From Actinomycetota bacterium (lineage in GTDB: Bacteria; Actinomycetota; Acidimicrobiia; IMCC26256; PALSA-555), in contig PLJD01000077.1 in the NCBI GenBank assembly GCA_003140175.1, positions 29,141 through 93,140 on the forward strand: a stretch of DNA of 64,000 nt, in the 5' to 3' direction. Every line of letters starts with the position of its first letter. Positions within the stretch are counted from its first letter, which is position 1. The position numbers were made by a program, and so were the translations under genes. Below are positions 39,019-48,131 of this stretch, one piece after another. The notes beneath the pieces are model-generated. The model ran no database searches, was not told where the DNA came from, and worked only from the letters and a program-made list of their open reading frames with translations.

Positions 39019-40197
39019 GTGGCGCCGCCGACGGGGATGTGGACGATGACGCGGCCTGCTCTGACCGACTGCTTGTACAATCCGTCAACCGCCGCGTTCC
39101 AAGACGAGCTCTGGGACGTCTACCGGGTCATGCGCGACGAGCACCCGGTGTACCACGATCCTCGAGGATCGTTCATCGCGCTCACCCGCTTCGCCGACGT
39201 CTGGGAAGCCGTACACGACCCGGAGGGCTTCTCGAGCCTCGTCGACGAGCAGCAGAACTTCCTGCCGCAGCTGATCTACATGGATCCACCGCGCCACAGC
39301 GAGCTCCGATCACTCATCTCGCGTGCATTCACCCCCAAACGCGTCGCGGAGATCGAGGGCCTCGTTCGGCGAGTCGCCCGTCACCTGATCGACGACATCG
39401 CAGCCGCGGGCGGTTGTGACCTTCAACGCGACTACGCGGCGGTCGTCCCGAGTGTCGTCATCGCCCGCATGATTGGCGTGACGGACGAGCACATCGAGTC
39501 CTTCCGCTCCTGGACCGACTCCTTCCTCGAGATCCAGGGTCCGGACGACTACGCCGTGGCGACGACCAAGATCTACGGACTCTTCGCCGAGCTCCTCGAG
39601 GAGCGACGCCGATCACCACGCGACGACCTGATGACAGCACTCCTCGAGGCCGAGGTCGACGGCCAGCGCCTCAGCGACAACGAGCTACTCGGCTTCTGCC
39701 TGTTGCTCATCCTCGCGGGGAACGACACGACGACGAGCCTCATCGGGAGCGCGTCGGTGCTGCTCGCTCGTCACCCCGACCAGCGTGCCCGGTTGCAACA
39801 AGAGCCGGAACGGTGGGCGAACGCAGTGGAGGAGGTGACCCGCATCGAATCGCCCGTCCAGGCCTTGCCGCGCACCGCGACACGCCCCGCGACGTTCCAC
39901 GGCGTCACCATCCCGGCCGGCTCGCGAGTGATGCTGGTGTGGGGTGCGGCGAACCACGACGACCGCGAATTCACCGATCCCGAGCGCTTCGACGTCACCC
40001 GGACCATCTCACGCCACCTCGCCTTCGGCCACGGGATCCACTACTGCCTGGGCTCAAACCTCGCCCGCCTCGAAGCACGGGTCGCGCTCGCAGAATGGAA
40101 CCATCGGTTCCCCGACTACGCGCTGGTGGGTGACCCCGAGCGGGCAGTCTCGATCTGGGCCCGGGCATTCGCCCACATCCCAGTCACCGTCGGGTGA
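39019..40197 (+). CDS. Cytochrome P450
   Basis: Contains AGNDTT (I-helix), ESP.Q (ExxR region) and the heme loop FGHGIHYCLGSNLA. Start is uncertain (GTG 39019, ATG 39037 or 39046). Confidence 0.9.
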   Translation: MAPPTGMWTMTRPALTDCLYNPSTAAFQDELWDVYRVMRDEHPVYHDPRGSFIALTRFADVWEAVHDPEGFSSLVDEQQNFLPQLIYMDPPRHSELRSLISRAFTPKRVAEIEGLVRRVARHLIDDIAAAGGCDLQRDYAAVVPSVVIARMIGVTDEHIESFRSWTDSFLEIQGPDDYAVATTKIYGLFAELLEERRRSPRDDLMTALLEAEVDGQRLSDNELLGFCLLLILAGNDTTTSLIGSASVLLARHPDQRARLQQEPERWANAVEEVTRIESPVQALPRTATRPATFHGVTIPAGSRVMLVWGAANHDDREFTDPERFDVTRTISRHLAFGHGIHYCLGSNLARLEARVALAEWNHRFPDYALVGDPERAVSIWARAFAHIPVTVG

Positions 40198-40252
40198 TCT
40201 CCTCGGCCGGCATCGCCGGGCGCCCTCGAGATCGTGGAAGCATGGCCCCCTG

Positions 40253-41584
40253 ATGACGCGAGTCGATCCGACCCTGACGTCCGAGCCAAACGACCTGGGC
40301 GACACGGCCATCACCCCGTCGGTCACGCCGGTGCTGGTGCCCGCGTCTCGCTACACGTCACCGGATTTCGCGGCGCTCGAAGAGGAACGCCTGTGGCCCC
40401 ACGTCTGGCAGATCGCCTGCACCGTTGACCACGTGCCCGAGCCGGGGGACTTCTACGAGTACCGCTGCGGCCGCCTCTCGGTGATTGTGGTGCGGGGCGA
40501 CGACGGATCGCTGCGCGCCTTCCAGAACGTCTGTCGACACCGGGGCAACAGCATCTGCCAGGGATCCGGCTCCGGCCTGTCGGGCCTTCGCTGCCCCTAT
40601 CACCACTGGAGCTGGGACCTGGACGGAAACCTGCGCGAGGTGCCGTCCCGCAAGGGCTTCGGCCCCGGCCTGCGCAACGAAGAGTTCGGGCTGTTCCGAG
40701 CTCAGGTCGACACGTGGGGACCGCTGGTCTTCGTGAACCTTGACCTCACCGCCGCACCGCTCGGCGAGTTCCTCGAGGGGCTGGTCGACGACACGACCTG
40801 GGCTCATCTCGACGAGTTCCACGCCGTCGCCGCGACCATCACCCCAGTCCAGAGCAACTGGAAGGTCGTGGCCGAGGGCTTCTCCGAGACGTACCACATC
40901 CAAGGAATTCACTCCGAGATGCTCGGCTCGGTCGACGACGTCCACGCGCCGCAGCGTCTCTGGGGGTTGCACGGCGCGTCGTACCAGCACTACGGCGTCG
41001 CGAGCCCTCGCCTGGGTCGAGCCTCGTCGGACGACGACGTCTGGAAGTCCTTCATCGTCTCGCAAGGCGGGCGCATGGGCATCGACGACCCCGCCACGCC
41101 GCTTCCCCCGATACCAACCGGCCAGACGGTGCGCGACGTCATCGCAGAGCAGATCCGAGTGCACCAGGCGGCCAGCGGCGTCGATCTCAGCGACTACTCC
41201 ACCGTACGGATCACGCAGCTCTGCCAGTACAACCTGTTCCCCAACCTCACCGTGCTGGTGCAGGCCGACATGGTGGCCGCGATCGTCGCTCGCCCCGGGG
41301 CCAGCGTCGACGAGGCCGAGTTCGTCCTGATCGCTCTCTACCGGTCCGCACCGGGAGCGAAGGTCCCGCGGATCACCGACAGCGCGGTCGAGGATTCGAC
41401 CTATCTCGGATTGGTGATGAGCCAGGACTGCACGCTGCTGCGGACGGCGCAGCGGGGTCTCCACCAGCCCGGCCTCGAGCATCTGGCGATCTCGAGTGAG
41501 GAATGCCGGATCATCAACCTGCACCGCAACCTCGAGCGGCACCTGGGGATCGTTCCGAGCGAGCTGCGCCCGATCGGCGCATGA
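40253..41584 (+). CDS. Rieske [2Fe-2S] non-heme iron oxygenase, alpha-subunit type
   Basis: Track ORF trimmed to ATG 40253. Rieske motif CRHRGNSIC...CPYHHWSW. The catalytic-domain string NWKVVAEGFSETYH is present. Confidence 0.9.
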   Translation: MTRVDPTLTSEPNDLGDTAITPSVTPVLVPASRYTSPDFAALEEERLWPHVWQIACTVDHVPEPGDFYEYRCGRLSVIVVRGDDGSLRAFQNVCRHRGNSICQGSGSGLSGLRCPYHHWSWDLDGNLREVPSRKGFGPGLRNEEFGLFRAQVDTWGPLVFVNLDLTAAPLGEFLEGLVDDTTWAHLDEFHAVAATITPVQSNWKVVAEGFSETYHIQGIHSEMLGSVDDVHAPQRLWGLHGASYQHYGVASPRLGRASSDDDVWKSFIVSQGGRMGIDDPATPLPPIPTGQTVRDVIAEQIRVHQAASGVDLSDYSTVRITQLCQYNLFPNLTVLVQADMVAAIVARPGASVDEAEFVLIALYRSAPGAKVPRITDSAVEDSTYLGLVMSQDCTLLRTAQRGLHQPGLEHLAISSEECRIINLHRNLERHLGIVPSELRPIGA

Positions 41585-42111
41585 GCGCCGTCCCGGGCGG
41601 GCCGGCTCGCACCCTCGACGATCTCCTCGCTCGCGAGGAGATCACCGACGTCATCAAGCGGCTCGCTCGAGGTACGGACCGCCTCGACGAGGCGCTGATG
41701 GCATCGTGCTACCACCCCGACGGCTGCGACGATCACAACTCGTTTCGCGGCTCCGGACGCGAGTTCGCCCGTTGGGTCTGCGACGTGCTGCCGCACTTCG
41801 AGTCGACGGCGCATTTCATCGGACCGCCGTATATCCGCCTCGACGGCGACATCGCCCAGGTGGACAGCTACTGCATCGCCCACCACATCAGCCGACCCGA
41901 CGACGGCGGCCAGCAGGGCGACCTGGTCCTTGCCCTGCGCTACGTCGATCGCTTCGAGCGCCGCCTCGGCGTCTGGCTCATCGCCAAGCGGGTGTGCGCC
42001 TTCGACTGGACCTACACCGTGCCGTTCGACCCCGCCACGGGGTTCCCGTTCGAGGAGGACTTCACCCTCGGGGCCCGCGACCGGAGCGACATCACCTACG
42101 GCGCCGTCTAA
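41581..42111 (+). CDS. SnoaL-like / NTF2-fold protein
   Basis: ATG overlaps the Rieske gene stop (ATGA). Contains LAREEITDVIKRLARGTDRLD..., YCIAHH and RYVDRFERRLGVWLIAKR, typical of SnoaL_4. Confidence 0.75.
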   Translation: MSAVPGGPARTLDDLLAREEITDVIKRLARGTDRLDEALMASCYHPDGCDDHNSFRGSGREFARWVCDVLPHFESTAHFIGPPYIRLDGDIAQVDSYCIAHHISRPDDGGQQGDLVLALRYVDRFERRLGVWLIAKRVCAFDWTYTVPFDPATGFPFEEDFTLGARDRSDITYGAV

Positions 42112-42135
42112 CCGGCTCGCCTGGGCCCACCCGGG

Positions 42136-43008
42136 TCAGGGGCCGGCGAGGAGCTCCTCGATCGTCCGGATCCCCGCCTCGTAGAGGGTGCCCGGGAGCA
42201 TGCCGCCGTCGATCTCGATGGTCGTCCCGTTGATGTAGTCCGCCTGTCCAGAACACAAGAAGACGCACGCCGCGCCGACCTCGTCGGCGCTGCCCGCCCG
42301 ACCCAACGGGACGTTTCGGAAGTAGTCGGCGCCGGCCGGGTCGTCAGCCGGGAGTACGAACGTCTGGAAGTTCTCGGTCATCGTCGCGCCGAGGGCCAGG
42401 CAATTGACCCGAACCTTCGGGCCCCATTCCTCGGCGAGGGAACGCGTCAGATGGTTGAGTCCTGACTTCGCCGCTCCGTACGAGACCAGCGTCGGCGAGC
42501 CCGCCGGGTGTGACGCGCCGCTCGAGATGTTGATGATCGACCCAGTTCCGGTCTGCGCAGCCATCGCCCGGTAGGTGCGCAGCGAGAACCACAGAGGGCT
42601 GGTCAGGTTGTTCTGAATGGCGGCGGCGTGGAAACGCGCGGTGCGTTCGAACGAGCTGTCACCGGCCGGCACGCCCTGGACCTTGGCGAGCAGCTCGGGG
42701 ACATCCTCGACATGGGGTACCGGCAGGGTTCCACCCGCGTTGTTCACGAGAATGTCGACTCGCCCGAAGTGCTCGACCACCCGTTCGACGAAGGAATCGA
42801 TCTGTGCCCAATCCCCCTGGTCGCAGACCCACTGCACGGACCGCTGCTCCGCTCCCTCGATGCCCGCCGCGGCGGGCATCGAGTCGAGTGGCCGGCGAGA
42901 TCAACCGGCCACCGCGGCACCCTCCGTCAGCAATCGGCGCGCGATGCCAACACCGACGCCACGACTGGTTCCGGTGACGATGGCGACCTTGCCGTCGAGC
43001 TGACCCAC
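42136..43008 (-). pseudogene. Short-chain dehydrogenase/reductase with an in-frame TGA at codon 36
   Basis: GTG 43008 follows GGAG. VGQLDGKVAIVTGTSRGVGVGIARRLLTEGAAVAG-TGA-SRRPLDSMPAAAG... continues in the same frame into the 247-aa track ORF (DILVNNAGG, SYGAAKSGL, PLGRAG). The TGA is at 42901-42903. Confidence 0.7.
42856..42883. repeat. Perfect 28-nt palindrome CTCGATGCCCGCCGCGGCGGGCATCGAG inside the SDR reading frame
   Basis: Read directly from the sequence. It begins 17 nt downstream (mRNA sense) of the in-frame TGA and contains the next in-frame ATG (42877-42879). Confidence 0.9.
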
Positions 43009-43247
43009 GTCCCTCGCTCCTCCCGCCGCGCCCGGGCGTCGAGCGGTACTGTTCGCCGCGCACTCTACTTGGTAGCCGACTACCTTTCGCGGGCCCCAGC
43101 GAGGCCGATGCGCTCATGTGGCCTGGAGTCCCCAGGCCCGACGCCAGGACGTCGCGCGCCGCCGACGACGGTGTTCTCGCCTGGCCCGCTTGCCACCCGC
43201 GGGAAATCGAGCCTGGCTCGGCCGGGGCCTCGCCTTACCGTCACGGC

Positions 43248-43772
43248 ATGGACCGCTGTGACGAGTGTGCGTACCGCTACGACGGCGTGGCCGTCACGGA
43301 GATCCCCGACCTCCTCGTCGCCCTGGCCGGCGACTATCGCGTCCGGCTGCGCGGCGCGCCGAGCACGCAACTGCGGGCCCATCCGCTGGCGGCGACCTGG
43401 TCGGCTCTCGAGTACGGCTGCCACGTGCGGGACGTTCTTGGGGTGCAGCACGAGCGGATCCGGCGGGCCCAGGTCGAGGATTGCCCCGAGTTCGAGCCGA
43501 TGGGTCGCGACGAGCGCGTCACCCGCGACCGCTACAACCGTCAAGCGCCGCACACGGTGGCCGACGAGCTCGGGAGCGCGGCCGCGTCGTTGGCCGAGAC
43601 GCTTCGTCACCTCGACGACCGAGCGTGGCAGCGTCCGTGTGTCTACAGCTGGCCTGCCCGCTCCCGCCGAACCATCGCCTGGATGGCGCGCCACACGGTC
43701 CACGAGGCGATCCACCACCGGCGCGACGTGGACCGGGTGCTCGCCGCGGCCCGCCCCGGTCCGAGTCGCTGA
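43248..43772 (+). CDS. DinB-superfamily (DinB_2-like) protein
   Basis: ATG 43248. Contains MDRCDECAYRY, WSALEYGCHVRDV and ARHTVHEAIHHRRD (His-triad pattern of DinB-fold proteins). Confidence 0.7.
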   Translation: MDRCDECAYRYDGVAVTEIPDLLVALAGDYRVRLRGAPSTQLRAHPLAATWSALEYGCHVRDVLGVQHERIRRAQVEDCPEFEPMGRDERVTRDRYNRQAPHTVADELGSAAASLAETLRHLDDRAWQRPCVYSWPARSRRTIAWMARHTVHEAIHHRRDVDRVLAAARPGPSR

Positions 43773-43849
43773 GCGCACCCGCCGGTTCCATGGCTCGTCG
43801 CGGGGTGGCCGGCTCGCTCGATCGGTCGCCGGGGCGAAGGAGGAGCCGC

Positions 43850-44275
43850 TCAGGGACCCGCTTCGGCGCGTTGCTTGAGCCCGTCGGCGAACTGTCGGAA
43901 GGACGGGCCGAGGTCGGGCATCGATCGCCAGATGAGGGGCAGGAACCCCCCCGTGTACTCCTCGCGCATCGCGAAGCGGGTCGTCGCGTCGCCTTGCGGG
44001 GTCAGCGTGAAGGTCCGCACGCCGGTGAACAGTCCGAGCGGCATGCCGCCGGACCAGGTCATCCGCTCACCGGGGACGAACTCCGTCACCCGGACCGGGA
44101 ACGCTCGCTTGGGGCTCGCGGCCGAGACCACTCTGATCCGCCCGTCGGGCGCGATCTGGCCCTCGATTCGCATGACACCCGAGTCCCAGTCCGGGTAGCT
44201 CGCCCCATCGGTGATGATGGCCCAGATCCGGGCCGGGTCCGCGTTGATCACGCAGCTCGCGTCGTGTGACCTCAT
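43850..44275 (-). CDS. SRPBCC (polyketide cyclase/dehydrase-like) family protein
   Basis: 141 aa. Contains INADPARIWAIITDGASYPDWDSGV...VTEFVPGERMTWSG. Confidence 0.8.
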   Translation of the reverse strand: MRSHDASCVINADPARIWAIITDGASYPDWDSGVMRIEGQIAPDGRIRVVSAASPKRAFPVRVTEFVPGERMTWSGGMPLGLFTGVRTFTLTPQGDATTRFAMREEYTGGFLPLIWRSMPDLGPSFRQFADGLKQRAEAGP

Positions 44276-44543
44276 GGTTCAGTCTTCCGAGAGGGGCCGG
44301 GAGGGACTTGCGACGGTCGACCAGAGGGCGTCGAACGGGTCGCGCCTCAGCCCGAGGCGCCGATGCCGCAACGGTAGCAGAATGGTTACGGTTCAGGCCG
44401 AGCTCCGAACACGGCGGGTCGGGGCGGCCCCGCGCGCCGCCGATCGAGAACCGGGGCTTCGCCACCAGCGGCGACTACCGTGCGGTCGAGCAGCGAGCAC
44501 GGCCGAGGGTGAAGGCCGAGCGCACGAGCAGGAGGATGTGCAC

Positions 44544-44993
44544 ATGCGTCGACTCTTGGTTGTCCTTGCCGTGACCGCCGTCGCGACCGCATTCGCGGCG
44601 GATGGCGTTGCGTACGCGCGGACGGATGCAACCCGCCCGGCGGCGTCGTGCAGCAGCCTGGTCAAGAAGTACCAGAAGACCAACGCGTCGGCGTCCAAGA
44701 TCAACCTTGCCAACCCCCAATCGCTGGCCTCCGTGTTCCGCAACGCAGCCAAGGCGTTCAAGTCCCTGGCCAACAGCGGCCCGAGCTCGCTGCGCCCGGC
44801 GTTTCGGGCCCTGGCCAACCTGTATGCGCACCTGACCTCGGTCAACTTCTCGAATCCCAGCTCGCTCAGCCAGCTCGAGACCATCGGGACCACCTCCGCC
44901 AAGTATCTCGAGCAGATCGCCCAGTACTTCGCCAAGAAGTGCGGCTTCACCATCCCGACCCCGAGCGCAGGATCCGGGACCTCGACGCCGTAG
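44544..44993 (+). CDS. Secreted hypothetical protein
   Basis: ATG 44544 follows AGGAGG. Signal peptide MRRLLVVLAVTAVATAFA. The mature part is Ser/Ala/Asn-rich with two Cys. Confidence 0.6.
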   Translation: MRRLLVVLAVTAVATAFAADGVAYARTDATRPAASCSSLVKKYQKTNASASKINLANPQSLASVFRNAAKAFKSLANSGPSSLRPAFRALANLYAHLTSVNFSNPSSLSQLETIGTTSAKYLEQIAQYFAKKCGFTIPTPSAGSGTSTP

Positions 44994-45065
44994 CCCCCGG
45001 GGTCGCGACCGAGGCCCCGATCTTGCGGACGTCAAGCCCGCGGACGGCGACGACGCGCGGTCGGG

Positions 45066-45788
45066 GTGGAGGCATCCCGACCGGGCTTGACCGTAGGCCC
45101 CGCCGCCGAGATGGTTGAACCCGTTCACGTTCACCCGCCCCATGAGCTGAGCGAACCGGGGCACGGATCGACCGTGACCCGGGAGCGGTTCTGGGAGCTC
45201 GTCGCGACCTTCCTCCTGGCGATCGCCACGGTCGGGATCGCCTGGGGTGGATACCAGGCCGCTCGCTGGAGCGGACTGCAGGCGCAGCGCTACGCGCAGG
45301 CGAACACGGCGCGGTCCGAGGCCAATCGGGCCTCGACGAGCGCCGGCCAGGATCGCCTCCAGGACCTCTTGAACTTCAACCGGTGGTTGGAGGTCTCCAC
45401 CGAAGGGAACCTGCAGCTGGCCGCGCTGTACCAGCGTCGCTTCCTCCCCGAGTTCGTCCCCGCGTTCCAAGCGTGGATCGCTCAGGACCCGCTCCAGAAC
45501 ACGTCGGCGGTCCCGAGCCCCCTCGACATGCCTCAATACCGCCCCCCCGGTTTTACCGAGGCGAACCGCCTCGAGCACAACGGCGACGTCGCGTTCGACG
45601 GGGCCAAAAACGCCACCGACGACACGGACGCCTACGTGCTCACCACGGTGTTCTTCGCGGCGGTGCTGTTCTTTGCCGGGATCTCGCTGCGGTTCGACTG
45701 GGCACCCCTGCGAGCATCCGTCGTGGGATTCGCCGTCTTGTTCCTCGCCTATGGGCTGGCCCGGTTCGCCGCCCTCCCGATCCGCTGA
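45066..45788 (+). CDS. Hypothetical membrane protein
   Basis: Coding-like composition. Hydrophobic helices (FWELVATFLLAIATVGIAWGGY; VLTTVFFAAVLFFAGISL; VVGFAVLFLAYGLARF). Start is uncertain (GTG 45066 or ATG 45111). Confidence 0.55.
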   Translation: MEASRPGLTVGPAAEMVEPVHVHPPHELSEPGHGSTVTRERFWELVATFLLAIATVGIAWGGYQAARWSGLQAQRYAQANTARSEANRASTSAGQDRLQDLLNFNRWLEVSTEGNLQLAALYQRRFLPEFVPAFQAWIAQDPLQNTSAVPSPLDMPQYRPPGFTEANRLEHNGDVAFDGAKNATDDTDAYVLTTVFFAAVLFFAGISLRFDWAPLRASVVGFAVLFLAYGLARFAALPIR

Positions 45789-45891
45789 GCCGGCCGCGCC
45801 TGCCCGTCGACCGGGGCTGGCCGGCAACGCTGGGAAGCGCAGCCGTTCCGTTCGAGTGATCCGAGACGCGGCGCACCCGGGCGGGTGGGGG

Positions 45892-46542
45892 TCAATCCCG
45901 ACGTTGCGCGACCGCGACGGCCGCCGCGACGAGGACGGCGCACACCAGCACGGTCTCGACGCTCGTCACGGCCAGGCTCGCGGCCACGTGACGCGGATGG
46001 TCGGACGCCGGGAGGGCCAGGAGCTGATGGGCCGGCGGGCAGTTCGGGATCAGCACGTCGGCGAGGCACAGCGCGACGGCGGCGAGCACGGCCCACGCGG
46101 TGCGACGCAGCACGGGCCGGCTGCACACGGCGCCGAACGCGACACCCAGCCCGCCGCACAGCAGGTGCGCGACGACACCGAGCCCCAGATCGGTTGCCGA
46201 CCAGCGATGGCTGGTCGTCAGCAGCGGCGCCACCATCGCCAGGGCAACCAGGGCGAGGCACCCCAGTCCCGCGGTGACGAGCTTGGCGAGGCGCACCCGG
46301 GTGTCGCTCCCGGCGTTCACGACGGTGATCGACGTCTGGACCGGGTCCTCGCTCTGGTTGACCACGACGGTCACCCAGGTCGCGATCGGTACGAGCAGTG
46401 CCGCCGAGGCCGCATACGTCGAGCGCACCGGCCCGTTGGTCGCGTCGAGCACTGCGAGGGCGGCAAGGTAAGTGAGCAGCGGGGCGAGCCAGTGCTGGTT
46501 GCGCAGCGCGTCGGCGCCGACATACCGGACGAGTGCCTTCAT
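45892..46542 (-). CDS. ABC-2-type transporter permease
   Basis: The ATG at 46542 overlaps the ATPase stop (ATGA). 216 aa with ~6 hydrophobic helices. Confidence 0.65.
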   Translation of the reverse strand: MKALVRYVGADALRNQHWLAPLLTYLAALAVLDATNGPVRSTYAASAALLVPIATWVTVVVNQSEDPVQTSITVVNAGSDTRVRLAKLVTAGLGCLALVALAMVAPLLTTSHRWSATDLGLGVVAHLLCGGLGVAFGAVCSRPVLRRTAWAVLAAVALCLADVLIPNCPPAHQLLALPASDHPRHVAASLAVTSVETVLVCAVLVAAAVAVAQRRD

Positions 46543-47469
46543 GGTGAGCGTTCGGGTGGAGCCGTGTCGCTCGGCGCGACCGACAGCACGGACCAGCCCG
46601 CGTGGAGCGCCTGGGTCAAGAGTCGGTCCACCGCCGACCGGGCGACGACCACGGTGAGGCGCCGGTCCGTGATCGACGAGTCCAGCGTCGAGCGCGCGAC
46701 GACGTCGGCGAGCGGCGCGACGTCGACCGGCCCCGCGGGTGGGCGCAGATCGACGGTCACCCCAGGGTCGGCCACCTGGGCGGCCGAGGTCAGCGCGGAC
46801 CGGTCGATGATCCGACCCCCGTCGAGCGCCAGGACCCGGTCCGCCATCGGGGATCTCGGCCTGCCCGTGCGCGGTGAGGACCACCGCGGTGCCCGCCGCG
46901 CGTGCCTCGCCCAGGAGCTCCCGCACCGCGTGGTGCGCAGGCTCGTCGAGCGCGCTGAAGGGCTCATCGAGGGCGAGGAGGGCGACCGGGCTGAGGAGCG
47001 CCTGGACGAGAGCGACCTTCTGGCCATGGCCTTTTGAGAGCGACCCGATGCTCACGTCGGCGCCCGGTGTCAACGCCAGTCGTTCGAAGAGCCGGGTGCT
47101 GCGCGACCGGATCGTCGCCGGGTCCACGCCGCGGATCTGCGCCATGTGCGTGACGTACTGCGCGGCCGTCAACCGAAGACGCGACGGGAACCGTTCGGGG
47201 ACGAACCCAACGGTGGAGGGGCGCGCGATGACGCGTCCCGCCGACGGGCGAGACAGACCACTCAGGAGCCGCAGCAGTGTGGTCTTGCCGGAGCCGTTTC
47301 CCCCCGATCCCCCCGACACCACCGTCACCGAACTGGGCTCGATTCGCAGGTCGACGCCGTTGAGGACCCATCGTCCCCGGCGTCCGAACCGCTTCCTCAG
47401 CCCTTCGGCAGCGACAACGGGACGGTTCGTCGACGGTGAGTCCACCGGCTCAGTCTCTCGGGGGTGCAC
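46539..47469 (-). pseudogene. ABC transporter ATP-binding protein with one frame disruption
   Basis: Walker A GGNGSGKTTLL, signature LSKGHGQKV, and Walker B LLALDEP are in one frame up to ...LTAHGQAEIP. The continuation ADRVLALDGGRII...SVLSVAP is in another frame. The junction falls at the GGGG run 46849-46852. Confidence 0.7.
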
Positions 47470-47516
47470 CGCACCGGTCCACGCCGCCGGACGCCGTCGA
47501 GGCCCCGGAGGGGGAG

Positions 47517-47711
47517 TCAGGACTGGCGGGTCAAGACCTCGGCTTGCTCGGAGCGCTCGTGGTGCTCGACGCGCCCGTCATCGAAGATCACCCGCACGCT
47601 GTAGTCCCCCTTCTCGACCGTCGCGGCTCGCTCGAATCGGCCGTCGGAGCGAAGGATCGTGACGCCGGCGCGAAGTCGCTCCCACGGCACAGCGATCAGA
47701 TTCATCGACAT
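47517..47711 (-). CDS. Small hypothetical protein (64 aa) at the head of the ABC-2 operon
   Basis: A strong AGGAGGAAGG lies 5 nt upstream of ATG 47711. The predicted product (MSMNLIAVPWERLRAGVTILRSDGRFERAATVEKGDYSVRVIFDDGRVEHH...) looks beta-rich. No family recognised. Confidence 0.45.
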   Translation of the reverse strand: MSMNLIAVPWERLRAGVTILRSDGRFERAATVEKGDYSVRVIFDDGRVEHHERSEQAEVLTRQS

Positions 47712-48131
47712 CACAACCTTCCTCCTCGGCCTCGAGAGCCCGCCCGGGCGTAGCCACCTCCCCGGTGTGCGCCTGAGTCCGAAAGACACGTGCCCTGGCC
47801 TCGGGTGAGCCAGTCGACGTTCAACTCTGCCTTCATGATGCAGCAGTCGGCCGCGGAATTGGTGTCAGAGAGGCTGGTGTGGCCGGTTTTCCTTCACCGG
47901 GTCGGCAGCGTTCGGGAGCGTCCGAAGCTCCAGGCTCCGGGCCCGCCCGCCGGTGCCGCGTCGACCCGCCCGGCCGACCGGCCAGCGCGCTGGCCGCTGG
48001 GGCTGCCCGGGGTTCCGGGCCGCGGGGTGCGTCCAGGACTCCGCCGTCGTCGGGGTCCCGGCTCACGCTCCGAGCGCGGTGGTCCGCCCGGCCCGGTCGC
48101 GGGTCGGGCGGACCGGTGGTCCCGTCTTGCG

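Noticed and set aside
42901-42903. Selenocysteine as the primary reading of the in-frame TGA in the SDR gene
   Set aside because: The position is a non-catalytic residue of the Rossmann beta2 region. I know of no selenoprotein SDR of this type. The downstream hairpin lacks the features I remember for bacterial SECIS apical loops. It is kept only as an alternative to be excluded.
45892-47469. Single 525-aa track ORF read as a fused ABC ATPase-permease
   Set aside because: The middle ~100 residues are Arg/Gly/Pro nonsense. The ATPase continues properly in another frame to a stop at 46539, which overlaps an ATG (46542) starting the permease. These are two genes plus one frame disruption.
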